DNA from: Alphaproteobacteria bacterium
GTDB taxonomy: Bacteria > Pseudomonadota > Alphaproteobacteria > SHVV01
DNA length: 64,000 bases
Direction: 5' to 3'
Assembly: GCA_965261735.1 (NCBI GenBank)
Contig: OZ253470.1
Coordinates: 1 to 64,000 of the forward strand
Shown here: positions 31,800 through 40,869 of the stretch, piece by piece
Position numbering within the stretch: position 1 is the stretch's first letter
Layout of the letters: the number at the start of each line of letters is the position of its first letter
Notes under the pieces: model-generated
What the model was told of the DNA's origin: nothing
The model's database searches: none
The model's input: only the letters and a program-made list of their open reading frames with translations
Made by a program: the position numbers and the translations under genes

Positions 31800-31832
31800 C
31801 GCCGCCAGACGCACGCCCGCTAGGAGGGGCGC

Positions 31833-32249
31833 TCAATCGTCGCGATACGCTTTTTCGCGGCGCTCGTGGCGCTCCTGCGCCTCTATACCCAGGGTCGCGA
31901 TGGGTCGCGCCTCGAGGCGCCTCAGGCTGATTGGGTCGCCGGTTTCGTCGCAGTAGCCGTAGGAGCCGTCGTCAATCCGACGCAAAGCTGAATCAATCTT
32001 GAGGATGAGCTTGCGCTCGCGGTCGCGGGTATGAAGCTCAAGAGCGCGTTCCGATTCAGTGGATGCGCGATCGGCGACGTCCGGCTCCTGGGAGTTCTCC
32101 TCCTGGAGATGATGCAGGGTTTGGCTCGACTCCCTCAGGAGCTCGCCTCGCCATTGCAGCAGTTTGCGCCGGAAATACTCGCGCTGGCGCGCGTTCATGA
32201 AGGACTCCTCCTCGCCCGGCCGATAGTTCCTCGGTAAACGCCGCGCCAT
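31833..32249 (-). CDS. dksA: RNA polymerase-binding protein DksA
   Basis: FMNARQREYFR, DVADRA, RTRDRERKL, YGYCDETG, RLEARPIATL. Confidence 0.95.
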   Translation of the reverse strand: MARRLPRNYRPGEEESFMNARQREYFRRKLLQWRGELLRESSQTLHHLQEENSQEPDVADRASTESERALELHTRDRERKLILKIDSALRRIDDGSYGYCDETGDPISLRRLEARPIATLGIEAQERHERREKAYRDD

Positions 32250-32288
32250 GATCGCTCTCTGCCCCACCTCGTCTGAAAAAACCGGCGG

Positions 32289-32317
32289 AGTATATGAATC
32301 CCGCGCCGGGTCAGCAA
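32289..32317 (-). promoter_or_regulatory. Putative sigma70 promoter of dksA
   Basis: TTGCTG-N17-TATACT, 40 bp upstream of the ATG. Confidence 0.55.
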
Positions 32318-32369
32318 GGCAAACCCGTCACTTGTCAACAAAGATTGATGATCGGACAGGAGAGGCCGA

Positions 32370-32789
32370 CTACGGGTGGACCTTTAGCTTGGCAAGCTCC
32401 ACGCGGGCCCGCAGCTCTATTTCGTCGAGAATCATCGCCAGGTGCGGCTCGATGAACTCCTTGCGCCGCTGCTCGACCATCCGTACCAGCTGATCAAGCT
32501 GATGGCGGGGGATGGAGCCCGCGAGGAGGCCGAGCCTGATGTCCTCGAGTCGGTCGAGCATGTCGTTGCCGTGGGCCAGCCCGCGCGAGGGCGCGCTCGT
32601 TGCATCGGGGACCTCCTGCAGCGGCAGCAGCGCTTCCACCGCGGCTAGGGGTCCGGCGCCAGCGACGGACGCCGCGGCGGTCTCCTCGCCATGGCTCTCG
32701 GGCATGAAGACCTCATCACCCTTCTTGGCCGCCTTGCCAGTGCGGCGCACGGTGCCAGTGCGAACCGGACCCGGACCTTCGATCTTCAT
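32370..32789 (-). CDS. fliX: Flagellar assembly regulator FliX
   Basis: Start MKIEG at ATG 32789; ALLPLQE, LDRLEDIRLGLLAG, LDEIELRARVELAK; adjacent to dksA. Confidence 0.9.
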   Translation of the reverse strand: MKIEGPGPVRTGTVRRTGKAAKKGDEVFMPESHGEETAAASVAGAGPLAAVEALLPLQEVPDATSAPSRGLAHGNDMLDRLEDIRLGLLAGSIPRHQLDQLVRMVEQRRKEFIEPHLAMILDEIELRARVELAKLKVHP

Positions 32790-32809
32790 GGCTTCCACCT
32801 CGGCGCGCT

Positions 32810-33280
32810 TGGCTCGGGGGGCGGCGTTACCGGCGTCGCCGTCGATTCCAAGGGCGATCTCTACGTTTCGGGCCTTACCACGAACGCGGCGCTCGATACC
32901 ACCGTTAAGAACGCACATTCCGGCGACATCGACGCCTTCGTATTGAATGTCAAGGACAATCCCGCCGGCGGAACGATCCAATACGTTACCTACGTCGGCA
33001 CCAGCACAACGGACCGCGGGCTGGGCGTCGCCGTGGATACCGGCGACGACAGCTTCTATGTAACCGGGGACACTATCGGTACACTCGCCGGCGAAACCAA
33101 GACCGGCGACGTGGATACGTTCGCCGCCAAGTTCGACAAGAACGGAATCCTCCAGTTCACGCACCAGTTCGGGGGCGCGTTCGACCATTCGGGAGCCGCC
33201 ATCGCCTTCGACGCCAACGGCACCTGCGTGTTGTCGCGGCTCGGGCTCCCAGGGGGCGATATTCCGGTCGAGGATGCAAC
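32810..33280 (+). pseudogene. Internal fragment of an SBBP/beta-propeller repeat protein (possibly FlaEY-like)
   Basis: GVAVDSKGDLYVSG, GLGVAVDTGDDSFYVTGDT, DTFAAKFDKNG, VLSRLGLP; no start of its own; cut by IS1595 at 33281; left boundary approximate. Confidence 0.65.
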
Positions 33281-34385
33281 CTTGCCTATCCGGTTTACAC
33301 CCACACCCACTAGGGCTAGAATGGGCGCAAACCGGATATAGGGGAGCGCGCCATGGATGTTCTCGACCGCGCCGATCTCCCATTCCCGCATTCGCTACCC
33401 GAGTTCCAGCGACTTTTCCCCGATGATGCGGCCTGCGCCGCCTACCTGGAGAAAGCCCGCTGGGGAGACGGCTTTGCCTGCCCGCACTGCGGCACGGCGG
33501 GAGAGCCGTTCCACTTTGAAAACCGCCCTGGCGTCCTGCGCTGCCGCAAGTGCCGCCAGAACACCGGGCTGACGGTGGGAACAGTGATGGAGCGTAGCCA
33601 CACTCCGCTGAACGTCTGGTTCTGGGCCGCTTATCTGGTCGCCAGTCAGACGCCCGGCATGTCCGCCGTGCAGTTTCAGCGGCAACTTGGTCTTTCGCGC
33701 TACGAGACGGCCTTTCAAATTCTCCACAAGCTCCGCTCGGGCATGGTGCGGCCCAACCAAGACAGGATCGGTGGACAGCCCAAGAACCATGTTGAGGTGG
33801 ACGAAACCTGGGTTGGCGGGCGAACGCGTGGGGAAGGCCGTGGTGTTCACCACAAGGTTCCCGTCTCCTGTGCCATCGAGGTGCGTCATCGAAAGCCGGG
33901 CACCAAGCTCGACAACCGGAAAGACGGACGCTATGCCGGACGCGTTCGGCTCGCCGTCGTGCTCGACCGTAGCGCCGAGTCGCTCTGTGGGTTCGTCGAG
34001 AGCACCGTCGCGCCGCGATCGCTGATCGTTACTGACGATTGGAGCGGCTATGCTGGCCTCGGTAAGCGCGGCTATGAGCACTTCGCTGTTGCCGAGTGTG
34101 GTGATCCAGAGGTTGCCGAGCAATACCTGCCGATCATCCATCTGGTTTTCGCCAACCTGAAGACGTGGCTGATCGGTATCCACCACGGCGTTAGCCACCA
34201 GCACCTACAAGCCTACCTCAACGAGTTCACCTTCCGCTTCAACAGGCGGTTCTACCCGTTCAACGCCTTCCGCTCATTGCTCGGCATCGCGGGCGACACC
34301 TCTGCTCCAACCTATGCCGAGCTTTACTCGGGAGAGTGGCGGCACCCTACATGTAGCGGTCATGGGCGTTAACCGGATAGGCAAG
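33281..34385 (+). mobile_element. IS1595-family (ISSod11-group) element, copy 2, intact, 1105 bp
   Basis: Perfect 15-bp TIRs CTTGCCTATCCGGTT; flanks GATGCAAC/GTACGATC do not match (no TSD). Confidence 0.93.
33353..34372 (+). CDS. IS1595-family transposase
   Basis: Zn ribbon CPHC...CRKC, VEVDETWVGG, IVTDDW, LPIIHLVFANLK (DDH-type), YLNEFTFRFNRR. Confidence 0.93.
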   Translation: MDVLDRADLPFPHSLPEFQRLFPDDAACAAYLEKARWGDGFACPHCGTAGEPFHFENRPGVLRCRKCRQNTGLTVGTVMERSHTPLNVWFWAAYLVASQTPGMSAVQFQRQLGLSRYETAFQILHKLRSGMVRPNQDRIGGQPKNHVEVDETWVGGRTRGEGRGVHHKVPVSCAIEVRHRKPGTKLDNRKDGRYAGRVRLAVVLDRSAESLCGFVESTVAPRSLIVTDDWSGYAGLGKRGYEHFAVAECGDPEVAEQYLPIIHLVFANLKTWLIGIHHGVSHQHLQAYLNEFTFRFNRRFYPFNAFRSLLGIAGDTSAPTYAELYSGEWRHPTCSGHGR

Positions 34386-34518
34386 GTACGATCATATGGT
34401 AGCACAGCGCGAAAAAACACTTGCGCTGCGCCCTCTTCTACCCCTCCTCCACGACCCAGCATGAGCCGGAAATGGTTAAGGCTTCCTGAACGTTGGCGCA
34501 GGGCGAGGTGTCGCGGCG

Positions 34519-35166
34519 CTATGATTTCGCCTCTTTACCCTCCCCTTCGGCGGGCTCGTCGGGCACCGGACGGTGGCTCACGACCTCGTCGATAAGACCG
34601 AACTCCTTAGCCATCTCGGAGCTCATGAAATGATCGCGCTCGACGCTCTTCTCGATGACCGAAATCTCCTGGCCCGTGTGCTGGACGTAGATTTCGTTGA
34701 GGCGCTGCCGGAGCGACAGGATTTCCCGCGCATGGATCTCGATGTCGGTAGCCTGGCCCTGGAAGCCGCCGGAGGGCTGATGCATCATGATGCGCGCGTT
34801 CGGTAGCGCGTAGCGCATCTCTTTCGCGCCGGCGGCGAGCAAGAGCGAGCCCATCGACGCCGCCTGGCCCACGCACAGCGTCGACACCCGTGGCCGGATA
34901 TATTGCATGGTGTCGTAAATCGCCAACCCGGCGGTGATCAGGCCACCCGGCGAGTTGATGTAGAAGGCGATGTCCTTCTGCGGGTTCTCGGCTTCGAGGA
35001 ACAGGAACTGCGCCGTCACCAGGCTTGCGACTTCTTCGCTCACGGGCCCCGTGAGGAACACGATGCGCTCCTTGAGAAGCCGCGAATAGATGTCGTAGGC
35101 GCGCTCGCCACGGTTGGTCTGCTCGACCACCATGGGGACTAGCAGCTGCATCGTGCTCTGGCTCAT
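34519..35166 (-). CDS. clpP: ATP-dependent Clp protease proteolytic subunit
   Basis: [28 protein letters not shown]. Confidence 0.97.
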   Translation of the reverse strand: MSQSTMQLLVPMVVEQTNRGERAYDIYSRLLKERIVFLTGPVSEEVASLVTAQFLFLEAENPQKDIAFYINSPGGLITAGLAIYDTMQYIRPRVSTLCVGQAASMGSLLLAAGAKEMRYALPNARIMMHQPSGGFQGQATDIEIHAREILSLRQRLNEIYVQHTGQEISVIEKSVERDHFMSSEMAKEFGLIDEVVSHRPVPDEPAEGEGKEAKS

Positions 35167-36617
35167 GTGGCCTGCGATCCTTCCGATGGCGCTGGCTTGC
35201 GCCCCTGTTTTCCCTTGGCTCGCGTCGTCCTCGGCTTTTTCTTCGTACTCTTCTTCGGCCTCTCGTCCGCCGCCTCGGCGGCGCTCTCGTTCGCCTCGAC
35301 GTCCTCGCCCTGAATGAGTTCCTGTGAGGAAACCTCGCGCTCGCTGACCTCGGCCATCTCGCAGATAAAGTCGACGACCTTTTCCTCGAAGAGCGGCGCC
35401 TTGATCTGCGCCAGCGCCTGCGGGTCGTTCTGGTAGTACTCGATGATCTTTCGTTCCTGCCCCGGGAAACGCCGCGCCTGCTCGGCGAGCGCCCGGTTCA
35501 CCTCGTCCTGCTGGACTATTATATTGTTCGCCTCTCCGACCTGCGCAAGCAGCAGCCCGAGGCGGACGCGGCGTTCCGAGATCACTCGATACTCAGCCTT
35601 AATCTCTTCCTCGTCTCGGTCCGCGTCGGCTGGGTCGGGCTCGCCCCTCTCCTTGGCTTCCTCGAACTGCTTCCAGATCGCCTCGAACTCGGCATCGACT
35701 AGGCTCGGCGGCACCTCGAAATCGTGGCTTGCGGCGAGCGCATCGAGCAGTTTGCGCTTGAGGATGCGGCGCGAGATACCCTCGTATTCTTGGCTGACCT
35801 GGTTGCGCATGGCCTCTCGCAGCGCCGCTAGATCGGCGAGGCCGTAGCGTTCGGCGAGCGCGTCGTCGATCGTGACGGGCTCCGCCTCGCGCACTTCCTT
35901 GACCGTGACCTCGAACGACGCCGTCTTGCCGGCGAGGTTGGGCGCGGGGTAGTCGTCGGGGAAGCCAACCTCGAGAGGCCGCCGATCGCCACTCTTGACG
36001 CCGACAAGCTGCTCCTCGAAGCCGGGCAGGAAGGTGCTCGATCCGAGGACGAGCTGGTAGTCCTCCGCGCTCCCGCCCTCGAACGGCTCGCCGTCGATCG
36101 TTCCAGCGAAGTCGATCACCAGGGCGTTGCCCTCTCCCGCTTCATGACCCTCCGCCGCGGCGACATACGACTTCTGCTCGTCGGCCATGCGCTGCAGCAT
36201 CCGCTCCACGTCCTCGTCGTCGACTGTGACGCGCAGCCGTTCGAGCTGGAGCGTCGAGAAGTCGGTGGGGACGATCTCCGGCAATACCTCGACCGCCATG
36301 GTGTATTCGAGGTCGGTCCCCTCTTCGAAGCGGGTGACCTCGATCTTGGGCTGTAACGCCGGTTTGAGACCGCTTTCGCTGATCGCCTGCTGCGTCGAAT
36401 CGTTGACCGCTTCCTCGAGAACTTCGCCCCGCAAGGCCTCGCCATAACGCTTCTTCAACAGCGAGAACGGGACCTTGCCCGGGCGAAAGCCCGGCAGGCG
36501 TATGGACTTGCCGAGGTCGCTGAGCTTCGACGTTACTTTGCCTTCGATATCCTCGGCCGACACGACGACCTTGAATTCGCGCTTCAGCCCTTCCGTGAGG
36601 GTTTCGGTCACTTGCAT
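35163..36617 (-). CDS. tig: Trigger factor
   Basis: [13 protein letters not shown] domain FLPGFEEQL...FPDDY, RRVRLGL. Confidence 0.97.
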   Translation of the reverse strand: MQVTETLTEGLKREFKVVVSAEDIEGKVTSKLSDLGKSIRLPGFRPGKVPFSLLKKRYGEALRGEVLEEAVNDSTQQAISESGLKPALQPKIEVTRFEEGTDLEYTMAVEVLPEIVPTDFSTLQLERLRVTVDDEDVERMLQRMADEQKSYVAAAEGHEAGEGNALVIDFAGTIDGEPFEGGSAEDYQLVLGSSTFLPGFEEQLVGVKSGDRRPLEVGFPDDYPAPNLAGKTASFEVTVKEVREAEPVTIDDALAERYGLADLAALREAMRNQVSQEYEGISRRILKRKLLDALAASHDFEVPPSLVDAEFEAIWKQFEEAKERGEPDPADADRDEEEIKAEYRVISERRVRLGLLLAQVGEANNIIVQQDEVNRALAEQARRFPGQERKIIEYYQNDPQALAQIKAPLFEEKVVDFICEMAEVSEREVSSQELIQGEDVEANESAAEAADERPKKSTKKKPRTTRAKGKQGRKPAPSEGSQAT

Positions 36618-36714
36618 GTCGTTCCTTGGGCCCCTATGCGGTCAGTCCGATCCGGCCTTGCGGGCCGGGGCAGAGGGCGTCCGCCGCTCCGGAGGGAGAG
36701 CCGAGCGGAAGGCG

Positions 36715-36799
36715 TGGTGCGGGCGGAGGGACTCGAACCCCCAAACCTTGCGGCACCAGATCCTAAATCTGGCGTGTCTACCAGTTCCACCACGCCCGC
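36715..36799 (-). tRNA. tRNA-Leu (anticodon TAG)
   Basis: 85-nt cloverleaf GCGGGCG...CGCCCGC-ACCA, anticodon arm CCAGA-TTTAGGA-TCTGG, long variable arm, GGTTCGAGTCC. Confidence 0.97.
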
Positions 36800-36914
36800 A
36801 AGCCCGCTCGCGCAGGCCGGTCGCCCGCGTGAAAGCGCCGCACTCTATAGCATATCGGAATCGCGCTTCGACAAGGATTTCATCAACGCGGTCGAGCGCC
36901 TGGCTCGTCCGCCG

Positions 36915-39287
36915 CTAATCGCCGAGGCAGGCGCTCGCGCAGGCGTCGAGGACCGCGTTGGCGTCGAGCCCGTAGCTGCGATAAAGGTCCGGAATGTCGC
37001 CCGACTGCCCGAAATGATCGACCCCGAGCGGGTACACCCGGTGCCGCGCGACCGAGCCGAGCCACGACAGGGCGGCGGGGTGGCCGTCGATCACGGTGAC
37101 CAGTGCGGCTCGAGGCGACAGCGTCGCGAGCAGATTCTCGATATGCGCCGGTGGCGACGATACGCCCCCCGACCTCCCTCTGAGGGCCGCGACCCAGTTG
37201 GCGTGGAGGCGATCGGCCGAGGGCACGGCGAGAAGGCCGGCACCGGGAATGTCGTCGGCGAGCTGTTGGTGGGCCGACAGCGCCTCGGGCGCAACGACAC
37301 CCGAATAGACGATCGCGAGCTCGGCGTCCCGGCCCGGCGCAACCTGCCAGTAGGCGCCGGCCAACAGGTCGTCGCGCAGCTCCGCCGTCATTTCACGTTG
37401 GGGCTGTTCGACGGCTCGCGTCGATAGCCGCAGATACACCGAACCGCCGTCGTCGCGCTGCATGTGATCGAAGCCCCAGCGCATGATCTCCGCGAGTTCG
37501 TCGACGAACGCGGGGTCGAACGAGGCGAGCTTGTCCTGCCCCATGCCGATCAACGGCGTGATGATCGACTGGTGGGCGCCCCCCTCGGGCGCCAGCGAGA
37601 GGCCCGAGGGCGTCGCCACCACCATGAAGCGCGCGTCCTGATAGGTCGCGTAGTTGAGGGCATCGAGCCCGCGCTTGATGAAAGGGTCGTACAGCGTGCC
37701 TACCGGCAACAGTCGGCACCCGAACAACGGCCCGGAGAGCCCGAGCGCGGCCATCAGCAGGAAAAGGTTGTTCTCGGCAATCCCGAGCTCGATGTGCTGG
37801 CCCTCGTGCGACATGTTCCAGCGCTGCGCCGACACCACCTTTTCGGCGCGGAACACGTCCTCGCGCGTGTGGCGGTCGAAGATGCCGCGGCGGTTGACCC
37901 AAGGACCGAGGTTGGTCGAGACGGTGACGTCGGGCGAGGCGGTGACGAGCCGCGCCGCGAGCTCGCTGTCGCCCTTGCCGAGTTCGTTGAGGATGCGCCC
38001 GAACGCCTCCTGCGTGGCCCCGCGCGCAGCGCGCGTGTATTCGAGCTGCGCCGGGACGGCGATCGGGTCGGTGTCGTAGCGCCGCACCCCGCCGCGTACG
38101 AAGGGGACCGCCTCGAGGTACGCGGCGAGCTTGTCGGCATCGATGTCGAGTCCGGCAAAGGGCTCCCACTCCTGCCCCTCCGGCACCCGCTGGGCCCGCT
38201 GGAACGCCTGCATTTGCTCGACGTTCATCAGGCCGGCGTGGTTGTCCTTGTGGCCCGCGAACGGTAAGCCCCAACCCTTGATCGTGTAAGCGATAAAGCA
38301 GTGCGGTTGGTCGCTGTCGACGGAGTGAAATGCCTCCAGGATCGACTCCATGTCGTGCCCGGCGAGGTTGATCATGAGGGCATGGAGTCCGTTGTCGTCA
38401 TGCTCGTCGAGCAGCGCCTTGATCCCGGCCGTATCCCCGAGGTCGCGTGTGAGGTGTTCGCGCCAGCTCGCGCCGCCCTTGTAGGTCAGGGCCGAATATA
38501 GCGAGTTGGGGCAATCGTCGATCCACTGCCGGAGCGCATCGCCGCCGCGCTTGAGGAACGCGGCCTCGAGCCGCTTGCCGTATTTGAGGTTGATGACGTT
38601 CCACCCGGTGGTGCGGAAGACATCGTCGACGCGGGTAAAGACGTGATCGGTGATCACGCTGTCGAGGCTCTGGCGGTTGTAGTCGATAATCCACCACAGG
38701 TTGCGGACGTCGTGCTTCCAACCCTCGAGGAGGGCCTCGAAGATGTTGCCTTCGTCGAGCTCGCCGTCGCCCAGCAGAGCCACCATGCGCCCCGGCGGCG
38801 CATCATCGGGCACCATCTTCTTAAGCCGCAGGTAGTCCTGCGCGAGCGAGGCGAAGGTGGTAATGGCGACGCCGAGGCCGACCGATCCGGTCGAGAAATC
38901 GACGTCGTCCGTATCCTTGGTGCGCGAGGGGTAGGACTGGGCGCCGCCGAAGCCCCGGAAGCGCTCGAGCTTGTCGCGCGTCTGCCGGCCGAACAGGTAC
39001 TGGATGGCGTGATAGACCGGGCTCGCATGGGGTTTGACCGCGATCCGGTCCTGCGGGTTGAGGACGTGGAGATAGAGCGCCGTCAGCAGGGTTACGCAGG
39101 ATGAGCTCGACGCCTGGTGGCCGCCCACCTTGAGGTCGTCGTGGTGCGGCCGCAGGTGGTTGGCGTTGTGGATCATCCAGGTCGACAACCACAATATCTT
39201 GCGCTCCAACTCGAGCAGGAGCGCAAGATCGTCATAGTCGACGGTGGCGGCCGACTTGACGCGGCGGGCAGTTTGCGTTGACCGCAT
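36915..39287 (-). CDS. AceE-like TPP-dependent enzyme (pyruvate dehydrogenase E1/transketolase-like)
   Basis: KVGGHQAS, KPHASP, QSYPS, STGSVGLG, GDGELDE...N, ELGIAE, EGGAHQS. Confidence 0.88.
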   Translation of the reverse strand: MRSTQTARRVKSAATVDYDDLALLLELERKILWLSTWMIHNANHLRPHHDDLKVGGHQASSSSCVTLLTALYLHVLNPQDRIAVKPHASPVYHAIQYLFGRQTRDKLERFRGFGGAQSYPSRTKDTDDVDFSTGSVGLGVAITTFASLAQDYLRLKKMVPDDAPPGRMVALLGDGELDEGNIFEALLEGWKHDVRNLWWIIDYNRQSLDSVITDHVFTRVDDVFRTTGWNVINLKYGKRLEAAFLKRGGDALRQWIDDCPNSLYSALTYKGGASWREHLTRDLGDTAGIKALLDEHDDNGLHALMINLAGHDMESILEAFHSVDSDQPHCFIAYTIKGWGLPFAGHKDNHAGLMNVEQMQAFQRAQRVPEGQEWEPFAGLDIDADKLAAYLEAVPFVRGGVRRYDTDPIAVPAQLEYTRAARGATQEAFGRILNELGKGDSELAARLVTASPDVTVSTNLGPWVNRRGIFDRHTREDVFRAEKVVSAQRWNMSHEGQHIELGIAENNLFLLMAALGLSGPLFGCRLLPVGTLYDPFIKRGLDALNYATYQDARFMVVATPSGLSLAPEGGAHQSIITPLIGMGQDKLASFDPAFVDELAEIMRWGFDHMQRDDGGSVYLRLSTRAVEQPQREMTAELRDDLLAGAYWQVAPGRDAELAIVYSGVVAPEALSAHQQLADDIPGAGLLAVPSADRLHANWVAALRGRSGGVSSPPAHIENLLATLSPRAALVTVIDGHPAALSWLGSVARHRVYPLGVDHFGQSGDIPDLYRSYGLDANAVLDACASACLGD

Positions 39288-39404
39288 GGGAAGCCCTTCC
39301 GGAGGTTCGTTCAGCTCGCGGGTAACAGGCCGTCGCGACGCCAATTATACCAGAGTGCGAGCCGACGCAAGGGGCGGCGAGCCATCTAAGATGAGCGCAC
39401 GCGC

Positions 39405-40823
39405 TCAGGTCTTGAGGAGGTTGCGCACCTCGGCGGAGGCGCTGATCAGGCCATCGCCACGGTAGTTCTCGTGGTTGGTCTCGATGTCGCCGAGCTTGTA
39501 GAGGTAGTTGACCATGGTGCCGGCGGACTGGGCGATGCCATTGGCCGAGCGGTTGGCGAGCCAATTGATGCGCTCGACGCGGGCGCCGTTGGAGAGATGG
39601 AAGTTGGCCACCGGATCGAGCGCGCGCAGCCCACTCTTCGCGTGCAGAAGGTATTGGGCGCACGCCCGCGTCAGCGGCGCCCGCACCGCCTCCACGGTAT
39701 CGGGCTCGCTCGGCCAGGTTGGCCGCGCAAGCAAGGCGGTCAGCGCGCTCGCCCCGTCGGCCTCGGCCGTCAGCGCCGCCAGCGCCTCGTCCTCGGCCGG
39801 AGTGAGCAGCATGCCATCGCGGGCCGCCAGGCGGGCGTCGAGCCAGCCGCGAAACCCGGGCACCGGCGAGAGCGTCGCAAACGCGCGGATGCCCGGGAAG
39901 TCGCGCGCCAAGTCGTCGACCACGCGCTTGATGAGGAAGCCCCCGAAATTGACACCAACCAATCCCTTCTGGGCGTTGGAGATGGAATAGAAGATGGCGG
40001 TGTCCGCCTTGTGGGGGTCATCGGCCGGCGCGTCCTCGTCGAGCAGTGCCTGGATGTTGCTGGCCATGCCGGTAACCAGCGCGACCTCGATGAAGATGAG
40101 TGGCTCGTCGGGCATCCGTGGGTGAAAGAAGGCGTAGCATCTACGGTCGGAATCGAGGCGGTTCTTGAGGTCGTCCCAGGAGCGGATTTCGTGTACCGCC
40201 TCATAGGCGATCAGCTTTTCGAGCTGGGCGGCGGGGGCGTTCCAGGTAATGCGCCGGAGTTCGAGGAAGCCGACGTCGAACCACGATATCAACAGCTGCT
40301 TGAGGTCCTGTTCGACCGCGCGCAGCGCCGGCGCCTGGTTCGCCATCCGCAGTAGATCGTCGCGCAGGTCGACGAGGAACTTGACGCCCTCGGGCAACGC
40401 GTTGAACCGGGTCATTAGGCGCACGCGGGGCGCGACCAGAGCGTCGCGCAGGCGCCCTTGGGCGGTCAAACGGTCGGCCTCTCCGCTGGCGCCCTGCAGG
40501 GCCTCGAGCGCGGCGTCGAGGGCGCTTCTGTCGACGCCGTAGTCGCTGGCCAGGAGCCCGAGGAAGCGGCCGCGCCCGGTTTCGTTGAGGCCGAGATAAA
40601 GCTCGCCGAGTTCGGCGGCCTGGCTTCGCGCCGAGACCTCGCCGCCACGCCCGGCCAGGCACGCATCGATCTGCTCGCGCAGATGCCCGAGCGCCGCGTC
40701 CGGAAGATCCGGATGCGGGGCGTTGGCGCCTGGCGCGCGCCCCGGCCGAACCGCCTCGCGCCAGACGCGGCTTAGACGCGAGAGGGTGCGATCGAGGATG
40801 CTCGGCGACGGGGCATCGTTCAT
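39405..40823 (-). CDS. Malonyl-CoA decarboxylase
   Basis: YEAVHEI, DRRCYAFFHP, FYSISN, TLSPVPGF, DPVANFHLSNGA, MVNYLY. Confidence 0.95.
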   Translation of the reverse strand: MNDAPSPSILDRTLSRLSRVWREAVRPGRAPGANAPHPDLPDAALGHLREQIDACLAGRGGEVSARSQAAELGELYLGLNETGRGRFLGLLASDYGVDRSALDAALEALQGASGEADRLTAQGRLRDALVAPRVRLMTRFNALPEGVKFLVDLRDDLLRMANQAPALRAVEQDLKQLLISWFDVGFLELRRITWNAPAAQLEKLIAYEAVHEIRSWDDLKNRLDSDRRCYAFFHPRMPDEPLIFIEVALVTGMASNIQALLDEDAPADDPHKADTAIFYSISNAQKGLVGVNFGGFLIKRVVDDLARDFPGIRAFATLSPVPGFRGWLDARLAARDGMLLTPAEDEALAALTAEADGASALTALLARPTWPSEPDTVEAVRAPLTRACAQYLLHAKSGLRALDPVANFHLSNGARVERINWLANRSANGIAQSAGTMVNYLYKLGDIETNHENYRGDGLISASAEVRNLLKT

Positions 40824-40869
40824 GGCGCTGTAGTGCCTGCTCGGGCCACGGCTTTCAACCCTTCGATGT

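Noticed and set aside
32370-33383. 337-aa ORF as a long FliX
   Set aside because: The N-terminal part is antisense of the IS end and the propeller fragment; FliX starts at 32789
29977-34385. Composite transposon carrying flgA-flgH-dksA-fliX
   Set aside because: The left element lacks its outer end, there is no flanking TSD, and the cargo matches native gene order; a deletion relic fits better
34472-34479. TTAACCAT CtrA half-site on the minus strand
   Set aside because: Single 8-mer with no TTAA-N7-TTAA partner and no target gene remaining; cannot be supported
36715-36914. tRNA-Leu as an integration site for an island
   Set aside because: No integrase and no duplicated tRNA 3' end seen; the tRNA is in its usual position before tig
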